Assembly (NCBI GenBank): GCA_902538705.1
Contig: CACBGD010000001.1
Span: 134,720-198,719 of the forward strand
DNA length: 64,000 bases
Reading direction: 5' to 3'
Origin: an uncultured SAR86 cluster bacterium
GTDB lineage: Bacteria > Pseudomonadota > Gammaproteobacteria > Magnimaribacterales > D2472
How positions within the stretch are numbered: the stretch's first letter is position 1; every line of letters begins with the position of its first letter. The position numbers and the translations under genes were made by a program. Shown here in pieces: positions 59,187 through 64,000 of this stretch. The notes under the pieces were generated by a model. That model saw only the letters and a program-made list of their open reading frames with translations, was not told the DNA's origin and did not search any database.

Positions 59187-61388
59187 TTATCCAGATTCAT
59201 TTTTTGGCCAAACTAAAGGTATTTGTTGTTGTGGATTAAACACTCTTGGACCTTGAGCTGGATAAGCATTCTCTGCTGCAATTATTTCTTCTTTACTTAG
59301 GTATTCGCTCGGCAGTAGCTTAAAGACATCTAAACCTCTTTTAATCTCTGTACCATATATATAACCTTCGTAATAATAGGTTGACCAGTAACCTCCAGAT
59401 ATTAAAAGATCTTTAAGAATTGGACCTCTATCGAAATAAGCTATCTCAATAGGGTTTGAGGAATCTGTAAAATCCATTATAGAAAGACCGCCTTGATACC
59501 AAGCTTGAACAAAAATATCACGATTAGGAATAGGAATTATCGAGCCATTATGAGCAACACAATTTTCTGTCTCCATTTGTGGTGCTGGCATCTTGTAGTG
59601 ACTCCTAAATTCAAGTTTATTATCAACAATATCGTATATAGCATCTGCCCCCCAGTCTAAAGGATCCCATGCTCTGCACCTTGCTCTTCCGCCTCCACCC
59701 CATTCATCAGTAAAGATCACTTTAGTTCCATCATTATTGAAAGTAGCTGAATGCCAATAGGCAAATCCTTTATCAGTAACAACATCTAATCTCTTAGGAT
59801 TGTAAGGATCTGAAATATCAAAAAGTATTCCATTTCCAGAGCAAGCTCCAGCAGCTATCTTTGCTGATGGGAAGACTGTAATGTCGTGGCATTGGTCAGT
59901 TCTTCTTGTATCTTGGGTGTCATCACCATGATCTCCACCACGCCAAAGACCTGCTAATGATCCAGTTTCTGGATCAGCAAAAACGGCAGGACTTGAAACT
60001 ATTCTAGACTTTGAAGGATCTGAGATAGGGATTTCAATAACATCAATTCTAAATAATGCTGTCCTTTGATCACCAGCAATATTTCCCACACATTCTTCCA
60101 TTTCTTCATCATCTCTTACTCTGCCTGTTCCAGAGTTATAAACAATTATTTTCCCATCTAATGTTGGACCCTCAACTACAGAATGTGTATGAGAGCCTCT
60201 ACAAGTTTGAACAGCACCAACCTGTTTTGGTCTTTCTAAATCTGAAATATCAAATATTCTTATTCCTCTGAATCTTTCAGGACTAGCATCTCTACTCACT
60301 CCTTCAAGCCCACAATCTATTCGACTTCTGTTTTCTTCAACAGACATGATAAGAAGATCATTAACAATCGATACATCACCTTGGCCACCTGGACAGACAA
60401 CCGATGATATAAGATTTGGAATACCGCTTGAATCAATTTTATACATATTGAAACCGTGATAACTTCCAGCTACCAGCAAATCATCCCTAAATGCCATATC
60501 TGTATTTGAGAAACTAAGCATTGGCGATCTGAGGGATCTTGATATTTCAGCAGTTGTTTTTCCTTCATTATCTTCTGTGAGGTCTTCGGAGCCCTTACCT
60601 TCAGGATTGGTAGGATCAAAAAATCCTGTTGGTTTTCTTAATGAGGTTATTAATTCTAAATTTAGTATCGCTTCGTCTGCAGTATAAAGACCATGTGCAA
60701 GCCCAGATCTTGGATCATCAGATAAACCAACAGCAATGGTATTCATTCTTTCAATTTCTACTCCTTGATCATTTACTAAATCAGAAACAAATTCATTGAG
60801 GATAGGATCATAGGTAGCACCTGAGAATTTCTTAAGATCTTTGACCATTTCAAGTGCTCCATCATGGTGAGCAATCATTAATTGAAGGAAAAGCCTGTCA
60901 AAGTTTGTGCTATTTGAATCTCCTAATTCTTCTAATTGTTCTGGAGACGCCATCCCAACCATATCAAGATGCATATGCATATTATGATGAGCTTTATCAT
61001 TGTCTTGCATCATATGATGACTATCTGTTCCTGGAACACTCTCATCTCTATCTTTTAACCAACTTTCCATAAAATTTATTTCATCTTCTTGCGATGCATC
61101 AATGCGGTTGGCCAGATTGATAATAGTTGGATTATTTGTCCTTTTGTCAGCCATGCTAGACATAAGTATTGCCTGTTCATGATGAACAATCATTCCCTGA
61201 AGGAATTTTACATCTGCGTCAATATAAGAGGTATTAGCGATATTTGTTGCATCCTCTGCATTTAGATTCTTTGACTCCTCACCAGGAGCTCCTGGCAAAA
61301 TAATCGGAGCATCATTTCCAACTATATTTGTATAGGAAAATAATAGACAAAATGAAAATAGGATTTTTATAGATTGATTCTTAGACAT
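59187..61388 (-). CDS. Secreted protein: two DUF305-like four-helix metal-binding domains, a His/Met-rich segment and a C-terminal LVIVD-repeat beta-propeller
   Basis: 733 aa with signal peptide. DUF305-like motifs FLQGMIVHHEQAILMS and FLQLMIAHHDGALEMV. His/Met tract DSHHMMQDNDKAHHNMHMHLDMVGM. LVIVD-like strands (VNDLLIMSVE and similar) in the C-terminal ~450 aa. Confidence 0.6.
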   Translation of the reverse strand: MSKNQSIKILFSFCLLFSYTNIVGNDAPIILPGAPGEESKNLNAEDATNIANTSYIDADVKFLQGMIVHHEQAILMSSMADKRTNNPTIINLANRIDASQEDEINFMESWLKDRDESVPGTDSHHMMQDNDKAHHNMHMHLDMVGMASPEQLEELGDSNSTNFDRLFLQLMIAHHDGALEMVKDLKKFSGATYDPILNEFVSDLVNDQGVEIERMNTIAVGLSDDPRSGLAHGLYTADEAILNLELITSLRKPTGFFDPTNPEGKGSEDLTEDNEGKTTAEISRSLRSPMLSFSNTDMAFRDDLLVAGSYHGFNMYKIDSSGIPNLISSVVCPGGQGDVSIVNDLLIMSVEENRSRIDCGLEGVSRDASPERFRGIRIFDISDLERPKQVGAVQTCRGSHTHSVVEGPTLDGKIIVYNSGTGRVRDDEEMEECVGNIAGDQRTALFRIDVIEIPISDPSKSRIVSSPAVFADPETGSLAGLWRGGDHGDDTQDTRRTDQCHDITVFPSAKIAAGACSGNGILFDISDPYNPKRLDVVTDKGFAYWHSATFNNDGTKVIFTDEWGGGGRARCRAWDPLDWGADAIYDIVDNKLEFRSHYKMPAPQMETENCVAHNGSIIPIPNRDIFVQAWYQGGLSIMDFTDSSNPIEIAYFDRGPILKDLLISGGYWSTYYYEGYIYGTEIKRGLDVFKLLPSEYLSKEEIIAAENAYPAQGPRVFNPQQQIPLVWPKNESG

Positions 61389-61415
61389 AATTTTTTCCAG
61401 ATATTTTTATAAACT

Positions 61416-61565
61416 TTACTCTTCAACTTCTTTAATTCTATTAGCTTTAAATCGGTTTATACGGTCATTCCTATTTGTTTGTTTCTTTGAAGCTTTAATC
61501 TTTCCAAATTTAAAAAAAGCATATAATGAAACTAAAGCAAGGATTAAAAAAAATAAATTTTCCAA
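61416..61565 (-). CDS. Possible 49-aa single-TM small protein
   Basis: Below the ORF-track size cutoff. Minus-strand TTG at 61565, 3 nt after the upstream stop: MENLFFLILALVSLYAFFKFGKIKASKKQTNRNDRINRFKANRIKEVEE. It fills most of an otherwise unexplained 180-bp gap. No clear SD. Confidence 0.3.
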   Translation of the reverse strand: MENLFFLILALVSLYAFFKFGKIKASKKQTNRNDRINRFKANRIKEVEE

Positions 61566-61568
61566 AAT

Positions 61569-62303
61569 TTATCTCGATCTAAGTTTTGCAAGCAATCTAA
61601 GAATCTCAAGATAAAGCCAGACTAGAGTTACCATTAAAGAAAATGCTCCGTACCATTCCATATATTTTGGCAGACCAACCTCAGAGCCTTCTTCTATAAA
61701 GTCGAAATCTAAAACTAAATTAAGAGCAGCTATACCAACAACAAATAAAGAAAAACCTATTCCAAACAATCCGTTTGAATGAATAAACCCGATACTATTT
61801 CCAAAAAAAGACATAATAAAGCTAATTAGGTAAAGCAAGAAAATTCCCATAGTTGCTGAAAAAATCATCAAACGAAAATTTTCAGTAGGCTTAATAATCC
61901 CACTTTTATAACAAAACAAGAGTGAAGCTAGGATACCAAAGGTCAAACCAATAGCTTGAATGCCAATACCAGGATATTGGGCCTCAAAAACCATTGTAAT
62001 TGCTCCTAAAGCAACTCCTTCAATAGCAGCATAAGCAGGAGCAGTGTAAGGTGAATTCTTTGGCCTAAAGATAGTGAATAAGGCGATAACAAAACCAATT
62101 AATATTGCTGGAAGTGCTAATGCTGGAGCATTCCAACCAAAAAATGCACCAACCATGCATAGAGCTAAAAGGATTCCTGTTTTATTTACTGTTCCTTCAA
62201 GAGTCATGGTCGCTCCAGCAACAGTTTGATTAGTGTTAAAGTGACTTTGGAAAGCTGGATTTCCAGACCTACCAAAATTATTAAGAGCGGAGTGCTTAGA
62301 CAT
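61569..62303 (-). CDS. Bax-inhibitor-1/YccA-like membrane protein
   Basis: 244 aa. N-terminal ...GRSGNPAF... followed by 6-7 TM helices, the pattern of the BaxI_1 family. Confidence 0.55.
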   Translation of the reverse strand: MSKHSALNNFGRSGNPAFQSHFNTNQTVAGATMTLEGTVNKTGILLALCMVGAFFGWNAPALALPAILIGFVIALFTIFRPKNSPYTAPAYAAIEGVALGAITMVFEAQYPGIGIQAIGLTFGILASLLFCYKSGIIKPTENFRLMIFSATMGIFLLYLISFIMSFFGNSIGFIHSNGLFGIGFSLFVVGIAALNLVLDFDFIEEGSEVGLPKYMEWYGAFSLMVTLVWLYLEILRLLAKLRSR

Positions 62304-62320
62304 ATTTTACCTATTAAAAA

Positions 62321-63421
62321 TTAAACTGGGATCTTTTCAAATTCTTCAAGCGGCTTTCTCATTTCCGCCCAATCACATTCAAAGTCATCAGGAGCATTCT
62401 CATACTCTAATAAACCTAGAGCTTCAAATTTTGGCCTAACTTCATCGGTTAGAAGGCCTATCCTGGAAAGATTTGGTATGACCCTAGAGAAAAGGAAGTT
62501 TCTAAACATTTCAAAACTTCCAGTATTTAACTGGAATTCCCTTGCTTCTTCTTCAGACATGTTTAAGAAACGTTGTTGTGCTTTGGTATTAATAAGTCGT
62601 TCTCGAGAAATTACACATGCTTCATATGCAAACTCAGCTCTTTCATTAATTTCCTCTTGACTCAGGGTTTTAATGAAATCTTCTAAATAATTAATACCAA
62701 AAGTTACATGCCTAGCCTCGTCACGGATTACGTAATGAAGAAGTTGTTTTAAAAGAGGATCTTTGGAAATAGACTTCATCATCGAAAATGCTGCAAGAGC
62801 AAGACCTTCAATAATAATTTGCATACCAATAAACTTTAGATCCCAGCGTTCATCAGTGAGAATTTTGTCAAGTAATGATTTTAAAGAAGGATTAATTGGA
62901 TAGTGAATACCAATCTTTTCTTGGAGGTATCTATTAAATACTTCGACATGTCTAGCTTCATCAAATGTTTGAGATGCAGCATAAAGCTTCGCATTGTATG
63001 TAGGTGCGCAACTAGCCAATTGAGATGCAACTAAAAGAGCACCTTGCTCACCATGAAGGAATTGGCTCATAAGCTCGGCAACATCATGCCTATCAAATAA
63101 TATTTTTTCTTCTTCGGTGAGCTTGTTATAAGCTTCAAGGGTTTCATGTGGCAATTCATCGTCGGTTTCAAGAATTCTTTTATCTGCCGGATGCGTATAG
63201 TCCCAGTTCAGATCAATTGAGCCATTCCAATTTAACTCTTTACCTAACTCATAAAGTTTTTTAATCCTATTATCAGCCACGGTATAGTCCCAATTGTAAG
63301 AACCTGTTAATGGCGTATGAAAGATTTCTATTACATCTTCAACTTGTGATTGGGAAAGTGGAAGATCTTCATCGAAATAAATAAGGTCTTCTGGTGGCCC
63401 ACTTTGTTTTTTTATTTTCAT
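62321..63421 (-). CDS. Ferritin-like di-iron oxygenase (AurF-like family)
   Basis: 366 aa. Two E...DEARH half-sites: HGEQGA...FDEARHVEVF and IIEGLA...IRDEARHVTFG. Confidence 0.6.
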   Translation of the reverse strand: MKIKKQSGPPEDLIYFDEDLPLSQSQVEDVIEIFHTPLTGSYNWDYTVADNRIKKLYELGKELNWNGSIDLNWDYTHPADKRILETDDELPHETLEAYNKLTEEEKILFDRHDVAELMSQFLHGEQGALLVASQLASCAPTYNAKLYAASQTFDEARHVEVFNRYLQEKIGIHYPINPSLKSLLDKILTDERWDLKFIGMQIIIEGLALAAFSMMKSISKDPLLKQLLHYVIRDEARHVTFGINYLEDFIKTLSQEEINERAEFAYEACVISRERLINTKAQQRFLNMSEEEAREFQLNTGSFEMFRNFLFSRVIPNLSRIGLLTDEVRPKFEALGLLEYENAPDDFECDWAEMRKPLEEFEKIPV

Positions 63422-63436
63422 ATGCTAATTATAAAG

Positions 63437-64000
63437 TTATTCAAAAAGGCCAGTCAATTCATCAAGGAGAGTTTCACCTAAACTATCAGCATTGCTAATT
63501 GTAATCGCATGATTATAGTACTTGGTTACATCATGTCCAATACCAATTGCTAATAATTCTATTTGATTTTTTTCGTAAATATCGGCGATGACTTTCCTCA
63601 AATGATTATCAAGATAATTGGGATTATTTGCAGAGAGAGAACTATCATCAACAGGCGCTCCATCAGATATAACAATCATTATTTTTCTATCTTCAAATCT
63701 TTTTTTCAGTCTTTCATTTGCCCATTGCAAAGCTTCGCCGTCTATATTTTCTTTCAACAAACCATCTTTTAAGATAACACCAAGAGATTTGCGAGATTTT
63801 CGCCAACTATCTTCAGCTGATTTGAAAACAATATGCCTTAAGTCATTTAATCTTCCTGGATAAGAAAAACCTCCTCGTTGAAGCCAACTTTTTCTGGAGT
63901 CTCCACCTTTCCAATGTTTTGTTGTATAGCCAAGGACCTCAGTCTTTACAGAGCATCTCTCAAGTGTGGTTCCTATAATCTCAGCACAAACAGCTGCAAG
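63437..64000 (-). CDS. CobT-like vWA-domain protein, C-terminal 187 aa (5' part outside the window)
   Basis: The track starts at 63760, but the frame is open to nt 64000: LAAVCAEIIGTTLERCSVKTEVLGYTTKHWKGGDSRKSWLQRGGFSYPGRLNDLRHIVFKSAEDSW...LLKENIDGEALQWANERL...IMIVISDGAPVDD... This is typical of the CobT C-terminus. Confidence 0.75.
   Translation of the reverse strand, partial: LAAVCAEIIGTTLERCSVKTEVLGYTTKHWKGGDSRKSWLQRGGFSYPGRLNDLRHIVFKSAEDSWRKSRKSLGVILKDGLLKENIDGEALQWANERLKKRFEDRKIMIVISDGAPVDDSSLSANNPNYLDNHLRKVIADIYEKNQIELLAIGIGHDVTKYYNHAITISNADSLGETLLDELTGLFE

Overview
This is an AT-rich, very gene-dense bacterial chromosome segment with about 60 CDS, 2 tRNAs and one 6S RNA. Most intergenic gaps are under 60 bp. 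Many genes overlap by 1, 4 or 8 nt, and several convergent pairs have 0-1 nt between stop codons. Gene order matches conserved gammaproteobacterial neighbourhoods: coiled-coil/zapA-ssrS-5-FCL opposite pepP-ubiH; rpmE divergent from priA; nnrD-tsaE-amiB; erpA next to anmK-M23 peptidase and tyrS. I therefore infer a streamlined marine gammaproteobacterium; SAR86-like is only a guess. Most content is housekeeping: ilvA, rpiA, priA, acs, pcnB, hemL, thiE, hemG, erpA, putA, tyrS, katG, phrB, purU. There are also two Fur-box-controlled iron uptake genes (an Fe3+ binding protein and a TonB-dependent receptor). The accessory-looking part is 38.3-47.8 kb. It holds a solitary tRNA-Ile(GAU) followed by a 3-kb integrase-less islet carrying a single MmeI-family (type IIL) restriction-modification gene, bounded by degenerate copies of the tRNA 3' end. 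After that come a purple-acid-phosphatase-like enzyme, a thioredoxin-like protein, a large cadherin/cupredoxin-like lipoprotein and katG. I found no CRISPR array, transposase, integrase or phage genes. I cannot defend any multi-gene undescribed system here. The best leads, in order: (1) a 12-codon upstream ORF in the L31-L28 operon leader that repeats the first seven codons of L31 with only synonymous differences and ends in an ATGA overlap with the real start; (2) the tRNA-Ile islet with the MmeI-like enzyme; (3) a 758-codon outer-membrane protein gene whose signal peptide and first 157 codons contain no ATG/GTG/TTG, so it probably initiates at ATT; (4) a DmdA-like demethylase-MetF-PurU one-carbon module; (5) two large secreted proteins with copper-site-like features. 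All family assignments come from motif recognition by eye. No database search was run.
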